24,051 bases of DNA from Candidatus Dadabacteria bacterium (lineage in GTDB: Bacteria; Desulfobacterota_D; UBA1144; Nemesobacterales; CSP1-2). The position numbers and the translations under genes are program-made. Positions 1-9,429 of the stretch are shown piece by piece. The stretch is from assembly GCA_040289575.1 (NCBI GenBank), contig PSLL01000001.1, positions 89,818-113,868 on the forward strand. Reading direction: 5' to 3'. The first letter of the stretch is position 1. Every line of letters starts with the position of its first letter. The notes under the pieces are model-generated. The model did not search any database. It had not been told where the DNA came from and saw only the letters and a program-made list of their open reading frames with translations.

Positions 1-1148
1 CCGGCATTATACCCAGCCGTATTTACAACATAACCTGCTACCAGATTGCTCAGCGCCGCGCCAATACCCTGGACTGTGGCAATGGCTCCTTGTGTAATGT
101 TGTATCGTCCTGTACCCCTTGTTAGATCGGCGACCACAATGACCCAAAATACGCCGAAGATACCTGCGCTCCAATTCCATCAAGTAACTGCACCGAGACT
201 ATGAGGAATTGACTGCTGCTCAGTGTATAGAGAAATCCGCGAATCGGAAGCACTCCAAAGGCGATTAAAAAAACTAGCTTTCTTCCCCATATGTCGGCAA
301 ATTTACTGGCAAATACGGCTACAGGAATCATAACCACCTGAGCCGCAATAATACAGGCCGACATTTAGAGGGTTGCGCCCTTAGTTTTGCCATAGGCGAG
401 ATATTGACCGGCAAGAGGGAGCATTGCTGCATTGGCAATATGAAAGAGGGTTACTACCAAGGCAAAGGTCGAGATTCTTCGGTCGGTGAGCAAGACCGTA
501 AAACTCGATATCCTTTCTCCATCTGAATCATCTTTGGGCTTTGCTCCGCGTGCTAGGCTGTGGTCTATGTCTTCTTCCTTAATCAAAAGTGCGGAGATAA
601 TAGTGGGAATGGCCATCACCGCTACCATGTAAAAAATCCATCTACGAGCAATGAAATAACCAACAAGACTAGCCAGAACAGCAGCGCTAACATTGCCCGC
701 ATGATTGAAAATCTCATTGCGTCCGACCCGTAAGGCTAACCTATTGTGGCCGGCCATTCCTAGACTGATTGCGGCGATAGAAGGTCCAAATATAACCCCT
801 GTGATTCCTATAGTAGCCTGGGTGGCAATGACGGCGTAGAGATTCCTAAAGAGCGTTATAGCGATGCAACTGATTCCTATCAACGATGCGGCCGATAGCA
901 ATAAGTAGTCGTTTCCTGGTGAGCCTATCAATCAGTGCACCAACAGGGGTCTGCGCGGCAATCGCAGAGATTCCGGTTACCGACATGGCGATACCGATGC
1001 TAGCAGGGCTCCAGTGGTATGTCACTAGTAGATAAATGCCCAGATAGGGGCCGACACCACCGACTGTATCGGCAAGGAAGAAATTGAGGAGGTCTAGTGC
1101 ATGCAGACTGCGTGAACTCGGTACCTTGACTTTATCTGTCTGAGTCAT
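1..1148 (-). pseudogene. MFS transporter, disrupted; 3' end runs off the window
   Basis: ORFs 846..1148, 365..931 and 122..364 join into one MFS protein (motif A GALIDRLTRKR; second copy ADIWGRK). Lesions: frameshift near 895, in-frame TAA at 365-367 (GATL*MSACII), frameshift near 165. The frame then reads ADLTRGTGRYNITQGAIATVQGIGAALSNLVAG to the window edge. Confidence 0.88.
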
Positions 1149-1154
1149 ATCTAT

Positions 1155-1472
1155 TTATTGAGACCGAATATCTTCTATCATCCTCAAATACTGTTCCCGT
1201 GTAATCTCCCCTCGGGTGTATCTCTGCTTTATGATCTCTTCTGATTCAGAGTAATCTCTTATCTCAGTAGACAACTTTTTTCGCTGTGGCTCCTCTCTCA
1301 TCTTCAAAGCGATATATATGCCTATACCAACTAAGGCTGCGAAGAATATTGACTGGATTTCCGCGGGACCAAGGGGGATAGGTATCCCGGGCCCCGGTGC
1401 ACAACCGTAGAATGAGACCAAAAATAGGAGAATGATTATAGTGATATAAATGTATTTTCTTATTTGCCTCAT
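1155..1472 (-). CDS. Small membrane protein with C-terminal SHOCT-like domain, possible lipoprotein
   Basis: Basic/hydrophobic N-terminus ending FYGC, a second hydrophobic segment, and C-terminal IIKQRYTRGEITREQYLRM (SHOCT-like). GGAG RBS upstream. Confidence 0.7.
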   Translation of the reverse strand: MRQIRKYIYITIIILLFLVSFYGCAPGPGIPIPLGPAEIQSIFFAALVGIGIYIALKMREEPQRKKLSTEIRDYSESEEIIKQRYTRGEITREQYLRMIEDIRSQ

Positions 1473-1614
1473 TAGAATCTCCTTATAATCCGGTCTGTCT
1501 CTTCTTAGTGGTTACAAATTGAGTATCAGTCATTGACGATACGCAAGAGAAGCTTTGATCTTATAAATCCAACTTTCATGCGTATCGCCTTAATATACCA
1601 AATCCCTTTGTTTA

Positions 1615-1842
1615 TTACCTTGGCGGTGATGGCGGTCCACTAGGAGCACCGGAGGCGGAGAGGGGCGTCATAGCTTGTCTCGGAGCAACGGTGCCCTGAA
1701 CCACGTTGCTCTGACTGTATGCCGCCGCGCCGGGCGGCGGAGGCGGAACTTGTGCATTCGCTTGTATCGGCAGTGTTGAAAAAGCCGCCATAACAACAAG
1801 GGCAATGGCAGTGGGCAAGATGTTTTTCTTTGGGCGTTTCAT
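1615..1842 (-). CDS. Small secreted Pro-rich protein, possibly an internally deleted remnant
   Basis: Sec signal peptide ending in ANA, PPPPPG tract, AGGAGG RBS. First gene downstream of the sigma54 promoter. Confidence 0.65.
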   Translation of the reverse strand: MKRPKKNILPTAIALVVMAAFSTLPIQANAQVPPPPPGAAAYSQSNVVQGTVAPRQAMTPLSASGAPSGPPSPPR

Positions 1843-1900
1843 GATAACCTCCTGATATTTGAAATTTGTGGCTAGCTATTTAGCCGCATACGCACAGTAT

Positions 1901-1917
1901 TTACAAGCTACATGCCA
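1901..1917 (-). promoter_or_regulatory. sigma54 -24/-12 promoter
   Basis: Minus strand TGGCATGTAGCTTGTAA = GG-N10-GT (consensus GG-N10-GC), about 60 bp upstream of the 1842 start and next to a sigma54 activator gene. Confidence 0.65.
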
Positions 1918-1979
1918 GAGTCTTTAAATTTGCAAGTATTAATAAACACACGGATTTCTTCTAAAATACGGAGTAACGG

Positions 1980-2018
1980 CGTCTCAAAATAAGACAGTTC
2001 TCGTCTGCAATCAGGACA
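1980..2018. promoter_or_regulatory. Tandem enhancer (UAS) boxes for a sigma54 activator
   Basis: CGTCTCAAAATAAGACA (1980-1996) and CGTCTGCAATCAGGACA (2002-2018). Both are GTC-N9-GAC dyads, 22 bp apart start to start, upstream of the sigma54 promoter. Confidence 0.6.
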
Positions 2019-2079
2019 CCTGCAAAAAGTGAACTAGTAATGATGATATCTTAAGGGGGTGGATGATTTTTATTGCTGA

Positions 2080-3391
2080 TTAACCCTCAATACTATGCTC
2101 TTTCATCTTCGCATAGAGTAGCTGTCGGCGTATGCGGAGGCGGCGGGCTGTCTCGGCGCGGTTGCCGTTTGCCTCTTTTAATGCGCGTTCAATAAGGTAT
2201 TTTTCCAGACGGGATATGGCGGAATAAAAGTCCATATAGATTAAGTCCTCCACCTCTAGACCGGCATGGTCTCCTTTCTTAAGAATAGGCAGGTCGGCTC
2301 TGTCAATGACGGGGCCGCGTACGACAAGGGTGAGGCGCTGCATCATGTTTTCCAATTCTCGGACATTGCCGGGCCAGTTGTGTTCGAGAAGGGATTTTGC
2401 CGCAGAGGCAGTCAAGCGTTTTGGGGCTTCGGGTGCCGAGCGTTCGAGAAAGTATTCGGCCAGGAGAAGGATGTCAGAGCGGCGCTCACGTAGAGGAGGT
2501 AAGGAAATATGTATGACATTCAAACGATAGAACAAATCCTCTCGGAATAGTCCCTCTTTAACCGCCGCTAATATGCGAATGTCTACATGGTAGCTTTTGG
2601 TGCCACCCACCGGTTTGATCTCTCTTTCCTCTATGGCACGCAGGATCTTGGCTTGCATATTGAGACCCATATCTCCGATCTCATCCAGAAAGAGCGTTCC
2701 GCTCTGGGCTTCGCAAAACCGCCTCTCGTAGTCGGCAACCGCTCCGGTAAAGGCGCCTCTTACATGCCCGAACAACTCGCTTTCAAGGAGGTCTGAGGGT
2801 ATTGCGGCGCAGTTGACAGGGATGAACGGCCCCCCGAAACGCGCACTGTGTTTATAGATCGCACGCGCGACTTGCTCCTTGTCTGTTCCGGTTTCTCCTG
2901 TTATAAGCACCGTAGCATCGCTTGCGGCGGCAAGTCCTATTAGTTTATGAACCTCACGCATAGAACTGCTAGCCCCGATTAGACCGTCATCATCACGGAT
3001 TTTGTCGGAAAAAATCCCGGACTGCGGGCGGGCAAGCGCACGGGACAGGACCCTGATTATATCATCGCGATCGGACCGGTTTGGTCAAATGGTCGAATGC
3101 GCCCAGTTTCATGGCCTCTATTGTGTTGCTGCTCTCTGCGTATGCCGTAAGAATGACAACAGGTAGGTTTTATTTACTCCTGTCGGCATGCAGGCGCCTG
3201 AGTACCTCCAGGCCGTCCATATCGGGCATGCGTAAATCTAAAAATACCAGATTTACAGCCTGATCCTTGATTTTCCCAAGCGCTTCTTTGCCTGAAGCGG
3301 CCTCGTGCACGATATGTCCGAGGTCAATCAGGGTTTCGGCTAATCCCTCTCGAAAGGCATTGTCATCGTCAACGATCAGTATATCTGACAT
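2080..3391 (-). pseudogene. NtrC/AtoC-family sigma54-dependent response regulator, disrupted
   Basis: Receiver (ILIVDDD, FLDLRMP), in-frame TAA at 3170-3172, frameshift near 3075, then AAA+ domain (GAFTGA, FLDEIG, WPGNVREL) and Fis-type HTH. Walker A reads GETGTDKE instead of GETGTGKE, and the ATNRDL segment is missing (RILAA-VKEG). Confidence 0.9.
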
Positions 3392-4829
3392 GGCAACTCC
3401 ACCTCGAATCGAGTCCCTTTAAGACCATTCTCACATCGCACAGTGCCCCCGTGCGACTCTACGATTTCGCGTACAATGGCCAGCCCAACCCGGAACCATC
3501 GGCTCGGGTGGTCATGAATGGCTCGAAAATCTTTTCTCTTTCATCCTGTGGCACATCGGGGCCGCTATCTTCAACGCTTAAGAGCAGCTTTCCGTCATTG
3601 CGTTCTATATTAATCTCTATCTCGCCTCCCGAAGGGGTATGTTGCAGGGCATTTAGTATCAAGTTACAGGCTATTTGAATCGAAAACCGCTTAGACATCC
3701 GGCACCTCCCAATGAAGCGACACCCCAATCTGATTGGCCTGATCCTGAAACTGACCTACCCGATCTTTCAGCCATTGGTGTATCGGGACCGGTTTGGGCT
3801 GGAGATTCAGGGGCTGGACAATAGCCATCAGTCGCTGTAGAAGGCTGTCGAGGCGATGGACTTGTTGTAAAATGGTTTCCAAAGCCTGTCTCTGACGATC
3901 TGGCGACTGTGCCAATGCATTTTCGGCCTTGAGCGCATAGTGGCGATCGGGTTACGGATCTCATGTGCCAGGGCAGCCGTCATTCTGCCCAGGGCGGCTA
4001 ATCGGTCTGATTGTGATAACCGCTTACTGAGTTTTTCAGACTCTTCCCGGGCTACCGCAAGCCGCGTACTCAGGTGGTTAATTGCCATAACGATACGATC
4101 CAGCTCCTTTTCACCTGTATTGGGAAGCTCCGCTAATTGCTTCAGAGGATAGACTGCGATAGCGTTTTCTAATTCAGCCACCCGCCTAGACCATAGTCTC
4201 AGAAGTAGAAGCAACTAGGCACCCGATATTAGGGCGAACAAAAATAGGATTGCTAATCCGATTAAGAGTCCTCTATCTGCAACCTGTGTACCGATAGGAA
4301 TTCGAATCATAGTCCAGGCAACTATACCCTGCCCTTGCACAGAAAGCGGACAGGCATGAATAATCAAAGATTCGCGGCTGCCCTCATATCTGAGTGTCTC
4401 CTTTTTACCATGCGCCAATGCCTTGCTGGCTAAATCCATAATCCGTTGGCGCTCTGCCTCGGGCACATCGCGTTTAGGTGCTGTACCCTGATATGTAGGG
4501 AAGGCATATACAACAAACCCTTCCTTTGGGCTCCATATACCGCCTTCCATCCCATCGAATTCAGATAAGACCACTTCCAAGAGAAATGTGAGTTCGCGTT
4601 TGATTCTGTCATCGGCAAAGTTATTGTTCTTTTGTTCAAAGCCAGCAAAATACTAGCTATAGCGATTGCCGATCTCTGCACATGCCGCCTCAGCGCGGAT
4701 TGCCGCCTGCTCGACTTGAGCACTCACCCTCTGACGGAAGAGACCCGTCATAATTGCACTTAGGCTCAAGGATATGATTAAAATGAGTATCCACAATGCG
4801 GTCAGGCCAGAACGCAAAGAGTATTTTAT
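3376..4829 (-). pseudogene. Membrane sensor histidine kinase, disrupted
   Basis: Fragments show TM helices, H-box (LAHEIRNP), N-box (NLILNALQH), G1 (DSGP) and G2 (GSGLG). Lesions: ATA where a start is expected after GGAG (4829), in-frame TAG at 4653-4655 and 4215-4217, frameshift near 3933, TAA at 3691 plus a deletion near 3670, frameshift near 3485. The C-terminus KGTRFEVELPCQIY* overlaps the regulator start. Confidence 0.88.
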
Positions 4830-4924
4830 CTTCTACTCCAAGAAACTAGGCGATTGAACCCAAATCAATTTAATGGGCTTGGTTTTTAGGTGAACCGTTT
4901 ATATAAAGGGTAGTAATAAAACAA

Positions 4925-5098
4925 TTAGTGTCCAATACTGTGCTCCACTTTCTCTTTTCCTAGATATTTCTCCGGGTTCTTGTCGAATGCGATTTTGCAT
5001 CCCTTGGCACAGAAATAATAGGTTTTCCCCTTGTACTCAGATGTTGCCGCCGCCTTCTTTTCATCCAAATCCATATTGCATACAGGGTCTTTTGCCAT
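4925..5098 (-). CDS. YHS-domain small metal-binding protein (57 aa, absent from ORF track)
   Basis: Hand translation MAKDPVCNMDLDEKKAAATSEYKGKTYYFCAKGCKIAFDKNPEKYLGKEKVEHSIGH with DPVC, YYFCxxGC and PEKY signatures. AGGAGG RBS; downstream of copA. Confidence 0.92.
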   Translation of the reverse strand: MAKDPVCNMDLDEKKAAATSEYKGKTYYFCAKGCKIAFDKNPEKYLGKEKVEHSIGH

Positions 5099-5294
5099 TT
5101 TTATTTACCTCCTTTTTTCAGTATGAACATTTTAAAGTTTAACCGATTAATAATCGAAATGGGATGTTCTACATCTATTTTTTTTGTTTGGTTTAGTGTA
5201 TACGCTTTGATAGGCTATTTGTTCAACGTTCAGTGTTTGGATATGAACTGAAACCGCACCTAACGATATTATCGAAAGAGTCTATTTATAAAAT

Positions 5295-7753
5295 TCAGAA
5301 GTGGGTTTTAACATTTTTCGTAAATTCCAACTTCGTTTTAAATCTCTTTAATCTCAGACTGTTGGTTACAACGGACACAGAACTGAGTGCCATTGCGGCG
5401 GCGGCTAAGATAGGATTCCAAAAAATGGATAGAGTACTCCGGCGGCTAGTGGAATAAGAAGGGCATTATAGAAGAACGCCCAGAAGAAATTCTGTTTTAT
5501 TGTGCTTATTGTTTTCCTGCTCAGTTCTATCGCCGTAATCACGCCTCTTAAATCATCTCCAATGAGAACTATATCTCCGGATTCAATTGCAATGTCCGTT
5601 CCGGCTCCGATTGCTATTCCCAAATCTGCCTGGGCAAGCGCGGGAGCGTCGTTTATTCCATCCCCTACCATTGCCACAGTCTTCCCCTCTTCTCGGAGTT
5701 TCTTTATCTCATTTGCTTTATCATGAGGAGCCACTTCTGCAAAAATACGGTCAATGCCCAATTTCTTACCAATGGCTTCGGCCGCGCGGCGGTTGTCTCC
5801 CGTAATCATAATCACTTCTATACCCAGGTTTTTAATCGCTTGAACCACTTCGGAGGAATAGGGCTTGAGTGTATCCGCAACGGCGATTATTCCCGCCGCT
5901 TTATTATCTATAGACACAAACACAGGGGTCTTGCCTTCATCTGCGAGTTCCTCAAATCTAATCTGGAGCGGAGTCACATCAATTCCTCTACTATTCATGA
6001 GTTTTATATTCCCTACCAATACATTGTGTCCATCTACTGTAGACTCGATTCCTTCTCCCGCAATGCCACTGAAGTTTTGAGGGTCTCTTATATCGAGTCC
6101 CATTCTTTTAGCCTGTTGTACAATAGCTTCGCTGAGCGGATGCTCGGAGACTGACTCCGCGCTTGCCGCAATCCACAGAATTTCCTCTTTAGGAAATCGG
6201 CCGCTTATTAATATATCCGTAACCTCTGGCTTTCCTTTTGTGAGCGTTCCTGTTTTATCAAATACAATCACGTTTACCCTGCGCGCCATCTCAAGAGCCT
6301 CGGCGCTTTTTATTAAGACTCCGTTTTCCGCGCCCTTTCCGGTTCCGACCATGATTGCAGTGGGCGTTGCAAGCCCAAGCGCGCACGGGCAGGCGATAAT
6401 GAGAACCGCGACAAAATTTAAGAATGCATGGGTAAATGCGGGAGAGGGGCCAAAAATGTACCAGACTATGAAAGTAAGAGCGGCTATCCCGATGACTATA
6501 GGAACAAAGTATGAAGCGATTAGATCAGCGAGTCTTTGAATTGGAGCCTTAGATGCCTGAGCCTCTTCAATGAGTTTTATGATTTGAGAAAGCACAGTGT
6601 CCTTCCCTACACTTGTAGCCCTAAACTTAAATGAGCCAGTTCTATTAATCGTTGCGCCGATTACCTTGTCCCCCGCCTTCTTTTCCGATGGAGTTGGCTC
6701 TCCTGTAATCATTGATTCATCAACTGTCGAGTAGCCTTCTTGTACAATTCCATCTACAGGAATCTTCCCGCCTGGGCGCACAACTACAATGTCCCCGACC
6801 TGTACCTCTTCCATCGGGATGTCTATTTCCTCTCCGTTTCTTATCACGCTCGCGGTCTTTGCTCTAAGACCGATGAGCTTCTTTATGGCTTCATTTGTTT
6901 TACCCCTTGCTTTCGATTCAAGGAATCTCCCAAGGAGGATAAGAGATATGATTATTGCCGATGTGTCATAATAAGTGGCGGGTTCGATTCCGCCTCTTAG
7001 GAAAACATTGGGGAAGAAGGTTGCGATCACGCTATAGAGATAGGCGGCACTTGTGCCTAATGCGATAAGGGTATTCATATCCGTGCGCTTGTACTTTAAG
7101 GCAGCCAATGCGCCCTTATAGAACTGCCATCCTGCCCAGAACTGGACTGGAGTTGTAAGGATAAAAAGGGCGATCCAATTTTTAAGTATATTAGGCATCC
7201 ACGGAAACCAATCATTCATGCTTCCCATAAACACAATTAGGCTGACCGCGGCGCTGAATACGAGTTTATCTCTCAGCGTCCTTTTTTCTCTCTCATGCGC
7301 TTTTTTCTCTTCATCCGCCAGATTTTCTCCCTCTGCATCAAGTGGCTCATACCCCGATTCCCTGATTGCACGTCTGATATCGGATAATGAAACCCTAAGG
7401 GGGATAAATTCCACCGTAGCCTTCTCCGTCCCGAAATTTACGTTTGCTGAAACTACCCCTTCCATTTCCTGTAAAGCCGTCTCAATAGTTTCCACACACG
7501 AAGCGCAGTGCATACCCCTTATAGGAATGGTCGCTTTCTGAGTAACTACATCATATCCTGTATCTCTTATTGCCTTGATGAGATTCTCCGTTTTTGCTAT
7601 CTTCGGGTCGAAGGTTACAGATGCCTTCTCTACTCCGAAGTTTACGCTCGCATCTAAAACCCCCACTGTCTTTTTAAGTTCGGATTCAATTGCAGCGGCG
7701 CACGATGCGCAACTCATCCCGCTTATAGGTATGTCTATTTTCTCAGTTTTCAT
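5295..7753 (-). CDS. copA: Cu(I)-translocating P1B-type ATPase with a frameshift before the last TM helix (ORF stops at 5405; native tail continues to 5295 in another frame)
   Basis: Two GMxCxxC HMA domains, TGEP, CPC, DKTGT, HP, GDGIND, YN. The tail [24 protein letters not shown] lies in a shifted frame at 5411..5295. Confidence 0.93.
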
Positions 7754-7845
7754 TATTTACATCTCCTAATACAATAAAAACCTTATGTACCTTCCCCTTG
7801 AAGAGATTGCTCATTCCGATCTCCCCGCATAGGGGCAGAGAGGGA

Positions 7846-7875
7846 GTAGAGGACAATTCATGAATTACCCTCTAC
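7846..7875. repeat. GTAG-family REP-like palindrome
   Basis: GTAGAGGACAATTCATGAATTACCCTCTAC: 30-bp inverted repeat with GTAG/CTAC ends, fully paired (two G-U pairs) in the minus-strand transcript. Confidence 0.65.
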
Positions 7876-7880
7876 ATCAA

Positions 7881-8153
7881 TCAAATCTTTCCCGATGTCT
7901 CAAAAACATCGAGAAGCTCAGATATTACGCGCTCTCTATCTGTCTGTTTGTTTGACCTTATGGCGGTGGTGACACAGCTCTCGAGGTGGCGCTTAAGAAT
8001 GAGAGCATTTACCTTATCTACTGCGCTCTTTACGGCGAGTGTCTGTTTTATAATATCTATGCAGTATTTATCCTCTTCTATCATCTTTTGAATTCCACGG
8101 ATATGACCCTCTATACTCTTCAGCCTTTTAATTATCTTTTCGTTATCTTCCAT
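7881..8153 (-). CDS. csoR: CsoR-family copper-sensing repressor
   Basis: RLKSIEGHIRGIQKM, then C (YCID) and H-x3-C (HLESC) metal ligands; directly upstream of copA. Confidence 0.92.
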   Translation of the reverse strand: MEDNEKIIKRLKSIEGHIRGIQKMIEEDKYCIDIIKQTLAVKSAVDKVNALILKRHLESCVTTAIRSNKQTDRERVISELLDVFETSGKI

Positions 8154-8169
8154 TTTACTGCCTCCTCTC

Positions 8170-8196
8170 TATCCCATCCCACATGGGAGGGGTATA
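8170..8196 (-). promoter_or_regulatory. Putative CsoR operator
   Basis: Minus strand ATACCCCTCCCA-TG-TGGGATGGGATA, a C-tract/G-tract pseudo-palindrome between the -10 and the RBS of csoR, as is typical of CsoR operators. Confidence 0.7.
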
Positions 8197-8201
8197 GAAT
8201 A

Positions 8202-8230
8202 AATATAATGGCTGCCTATTACTCTGTCAA
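8202..8230 (-). promoter_or_regulatory. sigma70 promoter of csoR-copA
   Basis: TTGACA-N17-TATATT on the minus strand. Confidence 0.8.
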
Positions 8231-8241
8231 GTCTATTTTAG

Positions 8242-8270
8242 TAGACAATCATGGCCTTTTTGCTTAGAAT
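8242..8270 (+). promoter_or_regulatory. sigma70 promoter of the aminotransferase-pgk-tpiA operon
   Basis: TAGACA-N17-TAGAAT ending 10 nt before ATG 8281. Confidence 0.6.
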
Positions 8271-8280
8271 AAATAACATT

Positions 8281-9423
8281 ATGGCGTCTAAGCTTTCTGA
8301 GGAATTGGCTCCTTTTTGTGTAATGGATGTCTTAGAGCGCGCTAAAGAGATTGAATCTCAGGGCAGGAGCGTTATTCATTTTGAAATTGGAGAGCCCGAT
8401 ATTCCCACAGCGGGTATTGTATGCGATGAGGCTATAGATGCCATCAGAAAAGGGGATACGAAATACACACACAGCCTGGGAATTTCGGAGCTAAGATACG
8501 CTATCGCTCAGGATTATAAGGAAAAATATGGGGTGGATATATCTCCCGATAGGGTTATTGTTACATCCGGTAGCTCTCCTGCTTTGTTCCTCTCAATGGT
8601 ATCGCTCATTGAGCCGGGAGACGAGATTATAATTACGGACCCACATTATTCCTGCTATCCGCAGATTATAAAGATAGCTGGCGGCGTGCCAAAGCGGGTG
8701 AGAATCTATGAAGAGGAAGGCTTTCAGATCGATGTAAATAGAATTAAAAAAGTAATCTCTGAAAGGACAAGGGCGATTGTGATAAACTCCCCGTCAAACC
8801 CTACGGGAGTAGTTCTTGAGCCTTATGTAATGGATGAAATATCTGAACTCGGTGTTTATGTGATCTCTGACGAGATATATCACGGGCTTGTTTATGAGGG
8901 AGAGGCACATACGATTTATGAATTTACAGATAGGGCATTTTCTGTTAATGGATTTTCCAAGCTCTACTCAATGACTGGGTGGAGACTCGGGTATCTTATC
9001 GCTCCTCCTGATTTTATTCGCCCTATTCAGAAGGTACAGCAAAACCTCTTCATATCGCCGAATCCATTTGTGCAGAGGGCTGGGGTTGCGGCACTCAAAG
9101 GCGCTAGATCAGATGCAAAAGAGATGGTTCAAATATTTAATCAAAGAAGGATGAAAATGATCGAAGGACTCAGAAATTTGGGATTTGAGATTAATTGCGA
9201 GCCTAAAGGGGCGTTTTATGTTTTTGTTAATTCAAGGGAATTGAGCGATAAATCCTATGAACTTGCATTTGACATACTTGAGAAATCTCACGTTGCTCTA
9301 ACCCCGGGAATTGATTTTGGGTACGGAGGCGAGGGGTACCTTAGATTCTCTTACACGACATCCCTCGAGAACATAGAGGAGGGAATCAGGAGATTGAGGG
9401 AATATGTTAAGGGTAAGATATAA
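8281..9423 (+). CDS. PLP-dependent class I/II (aspartate-type) aminotransferase
   Basis: IGEPD, NSPSNPTG, SDEIY, GFSKLYSMTGWRLG (PLP lysine), LRFSY. Start 8281 is preferred over 8251 from promoter position. Confidence 0.92.
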   Translation: MASKLSEELAPFCVMDVLERAKEIESQGRSVIHFEIGEPDIPTAGIVCDEAIDAIRKGDTKYTHSLGISELRYAIAQDYKEKYGVDISPDRVIVTSGSSPALFLSMVSLIEPGDEIIITDPHYSCYPQIIKIAGGVPKRVRIYEEEGFQIDVNRIKKVISERTRAIVINSPSNPTGVVLEPYVMDEISELGVYVISDEIYHGLVYEGEAHTIYEFTDRAFSVNGFSKLYSMTGWRLGYLIAPPDFIRPIQKVQQNLFISPNPFVQRAGVAALKGARSDAKEMVQIFNQRRMKMIEGLRNLGFEINCEPKGAFYVFVNSRELSDKSYELAFDILEKSHVALTPGIDFGYGGEGYLRFSYTTSLENIEEGIRRLREYVKGKI

Positions 9424-9429
9424 GAAGTG

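Noticed and set aside
365..4655. Stop-codon reassignment or readthrough explaining the in-frame TAG/TAA stops
   Set aside because: The same genes also carry frameshifts and deletions, and TAG/TAA end normal genes elsewhere in the window.
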